DNA of 61,900 bases, counting the filler, from Choristocarpus tenellus KU-1152 (Eukaryota; Protista; Phaeophyceae): NCBI GenBank assembly GCA_964200185.2. It is 11 parts of 11 records of this genome, joined end to end, with 100 filler letters (N's around TTAATTAATTAA, not from the genome) between each part and the next. Parts side by side here need not be neighbours in the genome. Positions count along the whole stretch, not along the records: positions 35,699 to 41,879 come from CAXNAD020008741.1; positions 41,980 to 52,015 come from CAXNAD020003191.1; positions 52,116 to 55,147 come from CAXNAD020022808.1; 8 more parts are not named here. One strand, given 5' to 3'. Both the position numbers and the translations under genes were made by a program. How positions within the stretch are numbered: the first letter of the stretch is position 1; each line of letters begins with the position of its first letter. Positions 38,094 to 52,179 of this stretch are shown in pieces. Under the pieces are notes generated by a model. It did no database searches. It worked only from the letters and a program-made list of their open reading frames with translations, and was not told the origin of the DNA.

Positions 38094-40996
38094 ATGCCGA
38101 ACAAACTGGTACAGCTGACGGTGCCCGCCGACCATGAAGATGAGGTAAGGTTGCATTTCGTGCATATCCTTGAGATCCCATAGCATTATCTGTGGGTTAT
38201 TGCCGACTTTTAAATATTTAGGTGGGCCCCACATGATCCAAATGCACACTTCCCTATTCCCCATCACCTCCACTGGTAGGCGATTAGCGTTCTTCACGAC
38301 GATTCCCGCATCAAAGGTCTGGTTTTTCTCCAGGCAGGCGAAGATACTTCTGTAATGCAGTTCAGGGTAGAGGACAAGGACGCATTACGTGTCTTAACTC
38401 GCCTACAAGAAAAGGGAGTTGGGGTCAGGTACTTGGAACAGTTGAATATGCAGGAGTCTTTCATTTACTAGACCTCCAACCTACCTCCCTAGAGTAGCAT
38501 TACTTTACCCGATTGAAGGAAAATACATGGAACCTGGACTGTCTTCACTCAAAGCGTTCCTTTCAAACTCTGCCTCTTTGCCCATGTCTTATTTGTGATT
38601 CGTCCTTCCATGCACATGGCATTGTATGGTGCTATCACTTCGTCCATTCTTGGTTAAACGCCCTCGCAACTCGTTACATATATGTTCCTAATCTAGGTTT
38701 GGATTCTGTGATGTTATGCAACTAGTTGGAGGGACGGCCGTTGGGGACGAAGACTACTCTCTGCACTTCGACGACAAGCCGTTAAGGTGATTGACGACGA
38801 AGCGAAAATGATGAAAAGTGTGACCAGGGAGGGGGCATAATGACAGGTGGAGATGAAATCCGTTGAAGTGAAGGACTTTGAGTTGTCATACCCATGCCTT
38901 ATCTCAGTGCAGCTTATTTATTGTTGCATTGACCTTCATACCACTCCATGGAAGCGAACACAATCTCAGGCGCACACGTCGCATATGACACGGCAGAGAG
39001 GGAGGAGAAAAACGCGTCAATAATATCCGCTGTGAAATCTACCTAAACCCTAAAACCTCTTCCTGATAAACAACCCTCTTCCACCTTTCAAGGCCAGATA
39101 CGGAAATGTGATTGTCCTGTAACCTTGCCTCTCAACTGGCTTGTCGTTGGGAATTATTATTCTAGGCGGAAAAGGAAAAAAAATATTGTTGAAAGAGAGA
39201 GAGCTTGATTGGGTTTCTCCTTCGTACCCTACTCATAATGTGGCCTTTCACTCGAGCATTTAATCTGTTGTCCATCTTGAGTTTTTTGTTCATACCCGGT
39301 ATGCAGCAGTTCATTCTTTCTTTGCCTGCTGTGATTTTTAGTATGGTGGCATGACTCCAGTCCTAAATCCACAGTACAATCATTACAAAAATGCACAACT
39401 AAGAAGAAACTCAGATATGTGTGAGGAGAATTTTGAGCTGTGTAGGTAGCAATGGTATTTTGTTGCTGTGGAGTCTGCTTTTGGAGTGCATGCATCTAAT
39501 GGTTTTCTGTTCAATAGGACTTGAGAATATACCATGTTAGTGGTGAAAGGGGAGTGACAGGTTAGTGCTTGTACTTGAACATACTACGGAAGCAGAAGCA
39601 ATTATTTGCATTGTATGCATGCGTCAGTCATCATGATGGTGCTGTGGTATACAGTAACTGCGAACTGTTGTTGAATATTCCCAGGTGTATTAGTATAATT
39701 TAGCTTGCAAAGTAACGACTTCTTGGAAGCTGTGTGAGTATGTAGGTGTTGAACAGTTGAACAGTACGCCTCTTGTGGTTGTGTGTTGCTGTATGCTTGA
39801 AGTATGCATGTATGTCTACTCTGTATGCATTGACGTGTCTTTGAGGCGAGGGGAGAAGGAAAGTGAAGGCAAGAAAATTGTCTGATACTGAGGGCACCAT
39901 ACATGATGGCTACGACAAGGACGATATTTTATCCTCTCCTGATAGTGACCTACCCCAATGTGTACGCAGAAAGATGGGGTGAATCCACTGAAGTGCGCTT
40001 GTGTTCTCCCCAGTCCATGTCCTGCATGAGTGTGCTGACTGAACCTTAACTCTCTTCTTCTTCCCTCTAACCTCCTCACCCCTTTTTAGATCCTTGTGCA
40101 CGGTGTTTATACATGCCATACTGTGCTTGAACCCTTGCCCACCTCCTCACCCCCCCTCCCCTTGTGTGTTCCCCTTGGATAATACTGATGAAAACCCATG
40201 ACCCCACTTTCCTTCCATGATGACTATGGGGTAGTCTCACCCCAGCAGAAATTTACGAAAGCATAGTGGGGAAGGCAACATTCAGCAGGGACTCCATGAT
40301 TCTGCTGTGTATCTCAGCCATTATTTGCGGCATCGGACTGGCATCCGACAACGGGTGTGTTGATACACTCCCTATGCTCTTCTGCAGTGGTTGGTTTTGT
40401 TGGAGAGCATTGAGCTTGAAAGTGATCACACTTCTAGTGGACGTCTGATAGTGTTCTGTCCTGAGAAGTGTTGCAAAGAGAAGCTTGGAGTGGGTGGGAG
40501 TACTTCAATGCAGTGCCGCCCCCTAATCGAGGCTCGGTTGGTCGCTGAGTGTTGGGTGGCATGGATGCATGCTTTGTGGTGTGTGGATGCAGACCGGACT
40601 GTCTATTGTTGTTGTACCTCTGGGGACTTTCTTTTTGAACATGGGTCATTTACTTCTGAGGGAGGAGGTTTCTGCTGAGTTTTGATGGGCACCGATCCCT
40701 CCGTGGTTGTTGTTTGGTTTGCATCTGTTTTGACATGTTGATGCCGTTGTGTTCTGAACAGTGACCAATTTGTTGGTAGGGCTACCTACTCCTTGCTCTG
40801 TTGTTTGCTTGACTACCCTCCCCGCCTGCGGCCTGCCCCATTTGGTTGTGAACCTTTCAATAACAACAGAAATTTAGTGGTGGCTTCAATGTTGATGAGC
40901 CCCCTCATGGGTCCTATAGTGGGTGCATCTTTTGGACTAGCTACCTTCAGCAGAAGACTCTTCATCAATGGCTGGAGAAACATCATTGTGATGCTG
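38094..40996 (+). CDS. DUF389 (TIGR00341/TIGR00271-like) membrane protein, 5' five exons, partial
   Basis: Exons 38094-38144, 38280-38428, 38697-38786, 40235-40354 and 40870-40996 join in phase: MPNKLVQLTVPADHEDE|AISVLHDD...VLTRLQEKGVGVR|FGFCDVM...|SLTPAEIYESIVGKATFSRDSMILLCISAIICGIGLASDNG|NLVVASMLMSPLMGPIVGASFGLA. The GLxxD/N..VVASMLxSPLMGPI signature is characteristic of DUF389. Confidence 0.88.
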
Positions 40997-41879
40997 GTGG
41001 GAGTGGGTTGAAAAGAGCAGGGTTGGAGGGGCAGGGGGCAGTGGTTAGGGGCAGGACAGTACTGAAATGTGTTGTTACTGCTATTCCAAGCAAAGTTTTG
41101 GTTCCTTACTGTTTGCTGCTCTGTGTATTTATTAAAGAGTGATTGATGGGACTGAAAAAGGTAGAAATTTCCAACAGTAGTAGTATTGCGAACTCGCCCC
41201 CGAAATACTTGGACAAGAAAACTGGGGTTTTGCTGTAGCCTACTGTTAGTCATTGGTTAATTTGTGGGGTTGGATAGGAATGTTTCGACTTTGTTTTTGC
41301 CTTTGAACTATTTGCCACGCCATCCACGCTGTGAAAAACTTGCTTTCCTTTTTCTAATGTTTTTTTAGCGCATTGGGGGGGGGAGCATGCCGTCAGCGGA
41401 ATAATGTAAATATGCTGATCTTTCACAAGATGCTGCAGCGCTTGCAATCCCCTGTGTATATGCAATGGTCAGAGAAGAAAAATGAAGTTGGGGATTAGGG
41501 AGACATAGTATCAAAATGTATTGTGTTTTTACTTCTACCCAATAGAATGGCACAGTAGTAAATTACTTGTATTTTCGTCACATTTAGCCAATGGTATTCC
41601 TTGGTTCTGCATGTTCCCCCATCCCTCTGTTGTTGCTGTTCTTTACTGAATGTAGTGCTTACAAGTGGTTGAAGTTTTGTTCTTCAACTGTACTACTATC
41701 CACTATTGTTTTACTTTGTACTCCGGTAGAAACATGGCAGGCGGTTATCTCGAGCACAGGCTGCAACCAAATCTTTGCCGAATCTTTGTGGGGGGCAACC
41801 GTGGGTGTACCTTTTTGAAAATTTGTCTCCTCAATGTTGCAGTCTGAGTTCCGCCAGGATGCGGGGGTGGGGTGGGGGG

Positions 41880-41979
41880 NNNNNNNNNNNNNNNNNNNNN
41901 NNNNNNNNNNNNNNNNNNNNNNNTTAATTAATTAANNNNNNNNNNNNNNNNNNNNNNNNNNNNNNNNNNNNNNNNNNNN
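41880..41979. other. Artificial contig linker
   Basis: N44-TTAATTAATTAA-N44. Confidence 0.98.
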
Positions 41980-42037
41980 GTCAAACCCATCCTCCATAGT
42001 ATGCTCCATCCACAATTTTGGTGAGAGGCTATTATTA

Positions 42038-42263
42038 GAGTGGCAGTATCTTAGAGGGTACAAGTTTCGCCCTTTTTTGTCCGTTCGAAGCTTGGCTTCC
42101 CACCTTTTTTTAATGACGTTTTTGGAGTAGGTATCATGTTTATGTCTGGAGCAAGGATATCGAAACTTTCTAATAAACACAACAGCCAAAATTGCATCAA
42201 ATCGCAATATTGGATTTTGACCCCCAAATGGACTCAGCTCTACCATCTAATATACTTTGCCTC
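42038..42263. mobile_element. MITE, same subfamily as 34542-34794 in opposite orientation, TSD TTA
   Basis: TTA|GAGTGGCAGTATCTTAGAGGGTA ... CATCTAATATACTTTGCCTC|TTA. The interior (GGATTTTGACCCCCAAATGGAC) matches the reverse complement of the 34542 copy. Confidence 0.82.
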
Positions 42264-43798
42264 TTAGTATGTAGTTGATGGTAGAGCATTTTCATAGCAC
42301 TTGAATACAAAAAGTGGGCCCACTCATCTCTCCTTGAGAACTGTTGAGTATTTGATGCCCATGCCACTCTACCTTTGATGCAGCCTTCTGGGACATGTGC
42401 TTCTAGCACTCTGGTGAGCGGTTTGGCATTCTCTATGTGTAGAAATGCAGGTCCAAATTCTACGGCCAGAGCCTCGTAAGGAAGGATAGCCGTGTTTCAG
42501 GTAAGGGAAATGCCCTACAGACTCAAGAGGGCCTAAATAGGCTCCTCTCTAAGATGCAATGACTTCATGTTTATAATGCAATATTACAGGTTATCATATA
42601 GTGACACGCCTCACCAGTGACTGCACTTCATCTCTACCTCCCATCTTCACCTCACCTCACCTAACATAACACGCCGTAGCAACCAGTCCCAAGAAGATAT
42701 CTAGACAGATTTCAACTGTGCATTACCAGTTTGTGCCATTTCAACCCCCTCTGGTTTTCTCATCATTCATTTCCATACCTTTTTGTCGATGGAAGTAAAA
42801 CGAAGCTCCTGTCTCAACACATCTATATTGCAGACGAGACATCAGCCGCACTCTAAATAGAGTCGAATCAGGTCAATAGAATAAAAAGTCAAAACTACAT
42901 TCCAAGCCAAGCACCCTACACATCTACTCTTGGAATAATGTACAGAGTCACAACCAACGATGGCAACTCTGGACAAAAAAGATATCCTGCACTTTAACAG
43001 GGCTTGGTGAACCTCCAACCTAAAAGGCAGTGAGCGAAGTGGTTGCTGAGTTGCAAGCCTTCTGAACAATCCTCACATCTGCCAACAAAATCATTTCCAG
43101 GAGGGAAGAGAAGACAGATATCAACCCAGAGGATACAAACACTCCTACACCTATGGAAAGTATCATCAAGTTGTGTCCGCCCCTGAGGATACAGCAGCCC
43201 TGCTTCCTCTTCTATTAGACTCCCACCCCCCAAAAACAAGATTCTTTGGGTGCTATAGCTGGGTTTCCATGTCCAGGAAAGAGAAGACGTTACACAGGTA
43301 CATCGAATTGGACTTAAGAGTCCAGCACAGCAAGTGCAGTTCTTGGACCACAGGATGACTGGTCTATCAATGCTCCTGAATCACCTAGAACAGGCCACCA
43401 AAGCCCTGGTAGGCACGAGATGATGGGAGGTGTAGACAAGGCTCAGCACTGTATACAATATACAGAAATGACCAATAATGGCAGATGAGAAGAGAAGAAC
43501 ATGAACCCTTTCATTTGTAACAAACTTTACAGGGGGGCAGTAAGAGAGAGGTAAAAAATTCTCTTAACAGAGAGGGGCTGGGCTAGGGAACACCACATTA
43601 ACATTAGTTTGATTATTGAAAAAAAAAATTAAAGCAGCCACCATCCATACATTGAAACCTCAAATCGATCAAGCAATCGATACAGTCACATTCATCAAAA
43701 TACCGTAACTACACTTTCACAACAAAAAATATTACTACTTCTCCTCAAAACAATCTTGAAGACAATTTCCCCTCAAAAACACCCAGCTACAAGGTCGC

Positions 43799-46700
43799 TT
43801 AATTCTCCCACAAAACCCTCTCACCAAAATCACATCTAACATCTCGGAAACATCTTACTATCAACACTCTCACCTTTCCCTTTGCCCCCTTCTTGTCCCT
43901 TAGCTGAGTCAAGGCCTTCTTCTCATCACCACTGATATCCTTGGGGATATCCACCTTGATGGTTACATAGTGATCCCCATGGGTCTGCCAAAAAGGGGGA
44001 GGTAGAAGGTAGTCATCAGGACACAGCCAAAAGCACACTAAAAAGGATCCCCCAGGAAAGGGTAGGCACAAGCTCAGCCACATCAAGTGACTTTTCCTTT
44101 CCCCTTGCCCTGACAACTGTTGCAAATATGAGTGTAGCGTCAAACTCTTTCCAGCCGTCTGACAAGACATGTCGTGTGCGGGGATTGGGACTAACTCTTC
44201 CTGCACCAATGAGTTCGCTGCCAGAGGTAGGCAGACTCTGTACTCTACACATTCACTGTTCAGCACCACCGAAACATGCAACAAATAGTTAATACATATT
44301 GATAGGGATTTGTTCCGTCCTAGAACCAGCAAAAAATAGTAAATACACATACAAAAAACCCAGGTCGATGAACAAAATAGTTCATACACATACCCTCCAC
44401 CTACTTCATGTATCAACATATCAAAGAGAAGATTCCATCACACCAACATATTGATGGACCATTACTGGACCATTACTGGGGGTGCACTCAACCAATGGCG
44501 TGTTGGATCATTCAAATCGAACACTACAAATGAACTACATAGGATTAGGTTCACAAATATATATATATATATATATATATTTTAATTCCCCTCAAAAACC
44601 CAAGGACTTGATTTTTTTATTAAATCAGTAGAAAAAAAAATCAAAACTCTCACAGTCAAATTATCTTGTATTGCGACTAATTATATAAACATACCCAATT
44701 GTTTAAGACAATGTGCCGAGAAAAACTAACCCTAACCCTAACCCTACACAACAGAACACATACATAAACACGACACTGCTCCACTGTACCACTGACCCTA
44801 TGCTCTTCAAGGTGTGCAAACACACACACACACACACAACACACACTAGAGAAGAAACATATTCTCAGCAACCATACTCTGCTGGACCTTGATGAACCTA
44901 ACCTACTCTGCACAACACATCTTCAGCTCACAAACAACAAGCACCAGTCACCTTTGGGTTAGTGATCAAAGGTGCTCCTTTGCCTCGGATTCTAAGTACA
45001 GTGTCAGGCTGGCACCCAGCAGGAACCTTGATCTCCACCTTGGCATCCACCACTTCAACATTAACCTTGTCGTTGCCCAAAATTGCATCAAGATAGGACA
45101 CCTGACAACAACAACAAATAATATAAATAAATAAACAAATAATAAAGAGGTACGCAAAACAGTATGGACGGCACGAAGGCAGGTACTTGAAAAACCATAG
45201 TTTGCATGTATGCACTGTGTTCTGCAGCATAGACTTGAAAATAAAAAAAGAGTTGAAGATAGATATCAAAAAATGTTCAGAGAGGTTTGTTTCCCTTGCC
45301 CACAGTAAATGTAGGGGGACATCACAGGCAGACTCAGCAGGTCTTTGTTGAGAAAAACAAAACAAAATAATGAAGGCAATCGTACCCCCCCCCCCCCAGT
45401 TGCACAGGGGGGTACCACAAAAACCAGGAAGGCATTCACACGAGGAAACACACAAAAGGGTAGCACGTTAATCTCCAAGACCTCAAAAAAGATCAGAAAT
45501 AAAAACCTCACCATACTCCTGTATAATCCACACTCTCAAAACTGAGAACTCACAGTTGTCTGACTGTAGATGTCCTTCCCTTGCCTAGTGAATGTCTTAT
45601 GTGGCTTGACCCTCAAGTACACAAACAGGTCCCCACTGGGTCCACCCTTTTCTCCAGCATCCCCCTCTCCCTTCAGCCTGAGCTTGTTGCCATCCTCTAC
45701 TCCTGGAGGGATCTTGACCTGAAGGAGGACAAAAGAATGTACAATGAATGCAGTGACAAAAGATGAATGACAAAAGATGCTTGTGTTGAGACACGATTGA
45801 GGTTATGCAGTGAGGTGTATGTCTCCATATGAAACAGGCTGTCGGGTTGTTTCTATTTTGACCTAAGGAACCAAACAATTAACATATATTTATAAATAAA
45901 TACGTACATATATCGACCTAAGGAACCAAGCAAACAACTTATGTTTGTACATAAATTCTTATATTGAAATCAAGGCACAAAACAACAGTATTTTGCATGG
46001 TCACTGTGTATCTCAAGCTAAAACAAAATAGGAAGGCGTAAACGAAGCGTGAGGATATCAAAAAACATGTTTAACTTTTTCGGGTTTTTTCCACGACAAA
46101 AAGAAGGTACAGATTAATATCCACTTTCACGTGCACTACTACCAAGTGCAATGCTGTACTGCGTGCGCCTACTCAACTCCTTTTTTTTTTACCAAAACCT
46201 TCCAAAACACCCAAATTTTGAACAACAACAAAAAAGGTTAGACCTTTGAGGACCAGTGCAAAATCATTCTAATATAATTGACCATGACTACTCTCCCTTC
46301 AAATTCAAAATATGGCGAACGACTGAACTCCAAGGTCCCCTAACCCTAAGCCACATTTCTACGAGGTTGTCTCTCCGAGGGCAGACAACAATCTACCCTA
46401 AACACTGCTGTCACCTCCTCAACTACTGCAGCAGGCGACCCATTGCACCCTAAAATATCCCCAAACTCTATATAAACAGTATCCCCTCGCTCTGTCAGAG
46501 ACCTACAGACAGACCCCCTTAGGAGGGACCACTTTTTCCCCCTTGAGGACACCCTCTCGACCTGAAGGGGGGCCGCACTACATATCCCGGCTGCTGGGGC
46601 TTACACAAACTTGATCAGGCGAGTGATAAAAAGTCGACAGCACAAAGGCACACTGTTGATGCACCGCTTCAACGACGAGATTTCAGTATGAAAATACCTT

Positions 46701-49700
46701 TACTCTATGTTCACAGCAACATAAGAGGCCACAACAGGAAAGAAGAAAGAAACACAAGGCCGTACGAAATCCAGTTACAAGACCAGAGACGATGGGACTC
46801 CAATGCCATGCAACTCTTGAGAGCTCACAGTAACAATAACTGAGGTTAGAAAGAGTTGTGAGTCCTCCGAATGCTGACATCACAACACGATATCTATGTA
46901 AATAGCTCAGATGCATGCAATGTCACATCCTCAAGGCTCAGGTGCACACAACAACCTTACAAAGTATCTCAGGTAGGCATACATGCCAAGCTGTAACAGA
47001 TCTGACAATAACAATAACAAAATGGCATTAACCCCCTACTTCTCCTCCCTTCAGCACCACTTCAACAGTTACCGATGACGAAAAAAATAATCTGAGTGTT
47101 TTCAAACAGAACATAATATATACACAAAATTTATGGAGTGAATCATTTACATCCTCCTACCGCTTCCAACACAACCAGAGGCTACTACAATCATCGCCAG
47201 TGCATATACTACAAGAACCCCAACTAAGGATCTTACACTAAAACAGCCCTGCTTGACGCCTTGAACACCAATCAAAACCCTATGCCAGGTGGAACACAAC
47301 AAGATCTCCATTACTGGAAGTAGTAGTCAGAAGAGCTCACAGAAACACAAAAGCGCATTTTTTTTTGGTCTCACAGACGATGGTTTTCAACATTGGAAGG
47401 CGACTACATTCAGACAGAATGGGATTTGATGGATGATAGATACTCCCTTCCCAAGTGGTTCATTTTTTTTTTCCTATATTTTTTCAAACTTTCACCTTAG
47501 CGCATCTTAGCAACAAAAAAATAATCTTTTTTTTTTCCTCTCGCCAATCCTCCCGACGTGTAGTTCTTTTCTTTTCTTTTCTAGGGCTCTACCTTTTGTC
47601 ACCCTTCGGACAACAGGTTTGTAACTGTCCACAGTTACAACTTATGTGCGATAGCGACAGAGGCAGATTAGCTCACACCACACACAGTTCTTACACAAAA
47701 TTACAGTTCGAAAAACACTTAGATTCTGTTCTAGACTTTCACCATCTCTTGATGGCCCACCCCAACTCCAGCACTCAAGTCCTTAACTAGCAGCTCTCTA
47801 CCCACTTCGGGCATAGGAAGATCGTGACAAGATACAAAGGGACTTGGCAAATGAGGTGTCTGAGTCTAGTGTGTCAATTCCTTTTCGCAATCACGGGGTT
47901 CAAAACTACAAACTCATATCCTCCAGGTTTTGTCCCCAGTGACCTTCAAGCGTAACACATGCCATTGCCGTGAGGATTGTTGATCACAAGGCTGCATGCA
48001 GAGGAGAGAACATGTTAGAAATACACTGCAGACCACAATTCTCAAGAGTATGTACTAGGGCTGAGGGCAAGATCTGGGCTATGTTCTCAGTTCTCACCTT
48101 CACACTCCGGGTCTGCTCTACTCGACCCTGTCCAGAGCAAGTGCCGCAGTATTCGTCCACCACCTGAAAGTTTTCCCAAATACACGGAAGGCCACAAATG
48201 CAAACAATAGCACAACGCACGATGAAAAAAGAAAAAGCGCACCTCTATCCTCGACAACACTGTAGTTAACACTGTGGCACACTGCACATTTCACGGACTT
48301 AACAGACAGGTCTTCAACAAAAGAGGCTGTATCACCACCACTTAGGCACACACTTAGGCACACAAACACACTTTCTCCCCCCCTCCCTCACCAAACCAAG
48401 AAACACATCATACCTCCCCAGTCCCCCGACAAGTGGGGCAGGTAGTCTGTGTCTGGAACGCCCCAAGAGGGGTACGTGTGGCCTGAATCACCACTCCCGA
48501 ACCCCCACACTGCCTGCATGTGCTAGACTTAGACCCCGGCTTCACCCCGCTACCAGAGCACGTTGTGCAGACCTCAAGGTGACGGATGCGGACCTGCAGA
48601 CAGGGGGGGTTGATCACATTGGATGCGACTTTGAAATATGATGGAGTGAGCACGGGTAACACAAGGAGTGGCTCTTTGCCAGTCGATATAACTCTTCACT
48701 ACATGACACATTATAATGGAAATATATTATAATGGAAATATACTGTGTACTGCGAGTGCGTAACAATTAAATTAAGTACTACTCAACAGACGTACTTCCT
48801 ACTTGAGCGGTCCACATCCAATTAACAAAAAGAGAGCCGTGGACCTGAAAGGTGGCAAACCAGCCTATGTATTCGAAAAGGTAACCCTAACCCTGATTAC
48901 CCTGCCTGTGAGAACAAAGCAAATCCAAAAACACAGTTTTGTTAGATGTACAACTACCTGTTAAACTATGTACGAAGAGATAGACTGACTGAGAAGTAGG
49001 TGGTCCCTAGGTCGTAACGACTTCTAGCAATACCAGCCAAAGGAAGCGAGGGCATATTTTGGTCAGCAGCTCAGTGCAACAAGATGCCAGACACTGTTTC
49101 GAAAAGCACCACAAGGTTTCAAGATGCCAGACACTGTGAGCAACAAGCTCCAAGTCTTCACACAGTCCCACCAACCTTTCTACTTTCAATGAACATAGAC
49201 AGGGGATTTCTAAGTCTAGTAGTAGGGCCGTGGCCCAAACCCCACCAGGCCCTACAAATTCAATGATGCTCGTTAACACAACATCGGTATAAAGTCACAC
49301 AGGTCACACAGGTCATGTGCACACTAAGTACTCTTCTTGAAAGAACTCGGGAGCGATGAGCATCTCTTTCAAATGAAAAATAGATATATGCTCAATTGAT
49401 TTTATTCAAGCATAAAACTACCCCTGTAGGATTGACGGTGAAATATCCTCAACATTTATCTCCCCCCCCCCAAAAAAAAATCTTACAGTGTTTAATCTGA
49501 CAGATAAAAATTCTGAAATTTTGTTTCTGCTCACACGATCTTCAAAAAAAAAAGCAACAATTGCCACAGAATGAAATGACGCTAGCCCGGCCATCAATCC
49601 TCTCGGATAGCTCCTCCGACAGGGACACAATCAACCCTTACTATTGAAAAACAGCTTGAGAAAAATTCTACGCCAGAGGCAAGCAAGACATGGTCATTCT

Positions 49701-51102
49701 CACCTTCTCCTCTGCCCCAAAGCAGGCTGTCTTGAAATCAATATCCATGTCCACACGGAGGTCATCACCTGGGGAACCAGCCATGCACAGGAAATAGAGT
49801 ATGTGTGATTAAGTGGGTACCAGAAAGTGTAACTAGTGGGTTAAAAAAAGGTGTATCTTGTTGGCACAATATAATTTCATCCACTACGCTCGAGAAACTG
49901 ACACAATACACACCTCTTGTAGGCCCGCCCCTTCGCCCCCCACGCCCCCCCACTCCCCCCCCCCTACCCCCCCCTCCTCCAAAGAAGCTCTCAAAAATGT
50001 CAGAAAGATCGACCTGTCGTTTCGTGGTTCAGCAGCAAAAACAAACGGAAATTTATGTCTAATTCGAAAGTACAACACCTTGCAACATGTCATCCCAGCA
50101 TATAGAGTTAAATAGTTGTTACAGAGGTTAAGCATTGTGCAAGCATACCGTGGCAAGGTTATATAATGGGCATTAGAGGTTATGACCCTGATGTATCTCA
50201 GCAACAACTTACGTCATCTAACGGAGGTATCAAGCAGACGACATGTACGTGTCAGTTCCAACGAAAAGTATCTTGAACTGTTAGAGGTTGTCGGCTCTCT
50301 CACCTCGAAACCCGGTCCTCCTGCACCGGGTCCTTCGACTCCGATTCTTTCTCCAAACTGGTCATAGCGCTTTCGTTTATCTTCATCGTACAGCGTCTTT
50401 TGATTAGCAGGTGAAGTAAAAAAAGAGGCAGAGAGCAACTTGACATTAATACTCCATGCCTCATATTTATACTCGTCGATTCCTTGATAGCTAACCATAT
50501 CGGTGGGTTTGAGATTGGATTCTCTCTCGAGGGTGCGGCCAATAGACGTGCTCACCATCAGCTCACGTGCGCCTCTTGTGGATAGTTCAACTTGTGTCAT
50601 GTTGACTGGGTGGGATGGGTACCAGTTCTTTATGGAAAGATAATTCACAGTAAACCTCTAACTTCTAACTCACGTGGTAGGCATCATTGATTCTCTTGAA
50701 GACTTCTGTAGCTTCCGGTTTTTGGCACACATCGGGATGCCACTCCTTGGCAAGCACTCGATATCTCCTTTTGACATCGTCCTGCGTGCAAGTTCTGGGG
50801 AGACCCATTACTTCATAGTAGTCAGTATCATCTGTCCAGTCCTTCGAAAAACGAGGTATACGAGAGGGCCTTTGTCCCCTTCGAATCGTACCGGAGGCTG
50901 GAAGCCCACGACGGCTGATGGTGCTCACCGCACACCGGTTTTCCCCATGCCTGACTCCCATCGGCCCTGGCTTGAGCCCAGTCCATCCCGACACAAAAGC
51001 GGAGCCGTCCGTGTTAACATAGGATCGATGTGCAGATGCGATCCCGGCCACGCAGCAACACAGTAGGCCTGCAGCTTGGAGTAGGGGTTTAGTGGGTAGC
51101 AT
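43799..51102 (-). CDS. dnaJ: Type I DnaJ/Hsp40 chaperone, probably plastid-targeted (9 exons)
   Basis: Phase-consistent GT-AG exons: 51102-50674, 50396-50304, 50013-49914, 49768-49704, 48593-48414, 48163-48098, 45718-45554, 45101-44952, 43984-43874. After 43874 it either reads through to the stop at 43799 or splices at AAG|GTGAGA to an unresolved last exon. Protein has a J-domain with HPD (DYYEVMG...KEWHPDV...KRKRYDQFG), a G/F region with DIFESFFGG, four CxxCxGxG repeats (CTTCSGSG, CRQCGGSG, CPTCRGTG, CGTCSGQG) and a C-terminal domain (VKIPPGVEDGNKLRLKGEGDAG...GDLFV; GDHYVTIKVDIP). The N-terminus is a hydrophobic signal, then SAFV and an R/S/G-rich transit-like segment. Confidence 0.95.
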
Positions 51103-51822
51103 ACTCCTACTGTGCGGTTCTCGACAAGACCTTGTCTCTCAACACGCAACGTAGTAATACGTCCCCCGTCAAGAGTGCTGCTAGTGGCTCGTCGCAATCA
51201 CTAATAATGTGCCTGCAAGAAGGGGGATTCCCTCTTGGTATTGCAATGCGAGACCACTTTAGTAGGCTCTACAACTGCTATGACCCTCCACGTTGTCGTG
51301 GTGGTGGTGTCAACAAATGCGTGGCAGGGTCCATTGCCGCGCGGAAAAAGATGAGTTCCAGAAGTCCAAAAAATAAATATTAGACCAATAGCAAAAAAAA
51401 ACTGGTATGCAAACAAAACACTAAGTATAACAAATATGTACTTCCAACTTCCCCTCCTCTTTCCCCACATTGCAGCGCCCCCCTGTTACCCACGCACCAT
51501 ATTGCTGCCAGCACTCCATCCTGTCCATATACAAGGTCGTCAGTAGTTCAAATTGGTTATCGCGAGTGAGACATAGAAGAACGCAGCAAGATCGTTTCTC
51601 CGTAGACAGCATTGTCGTAATGTGTGTTCATCTGAGTGCATGTAATATTGTGAATAGGTGGGGTGCTGTTGACAAAGCGTGAAGAAACGATTGTGACATG
51701 AGGTGGAAGTACCGAGCACAGAAGAGGATGTTGCAAGGGACGACCAGGAGAGGAAGAAAGGGAATCTTCGTAACATGTTCATCTGAGGATACTTATCTGA
51801 CTTGTGTGTGACATCGGGTTGA

Positions 51823-51999
51823 GATGTAGAGTATCTGGGGGGGGGGGTGGCGGCTGTCCATTTGGGGTCAATATTTTCATGTCACAATTCTTGGGTGATT
51901 TAGTTGCGTAAGTCGGATGGATAATGTAAATGCACTTTTCCTGATTTTGACCCAAATTGACACCCTGGTATAGACCCCCCCCCCCAGATACTTTGGGTC
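51823..51999. mobile_element. MITE, poly-G-TIR subfamily, 177 bp, TSD TGA
   Basis: TGA|GATGTAGAGTATCTG(G)n...(C)nAGATACTTTGGGTC|TGA. The interior GGCGGCTGTCCATTTGGGGTCAA is shared with the copies at 14370 and 17032. Confidence 0.8.
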
Positions 52000-52015
52000 T
52001 GAAGCAGGGGTGCGC

Positions 52016-52115
52016 NNNNNNNNNNNNNNNNNNNNNNNNNNNNNNNNNNNNNNNNNNNNTTAATTAATTAANNNNNNNNNNNNNNNNNNNNNNNNNNNNN
52101 NNNNNNNNNNNNNNN
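52016..52115. other. Artificial contig linker
   Basis: N44-TTAATTAATTAA-N44. Confidence 0.98.
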
Positions 52116-52120
52116 CCTCC

Positions 52121-52179
<59 letters not shown>

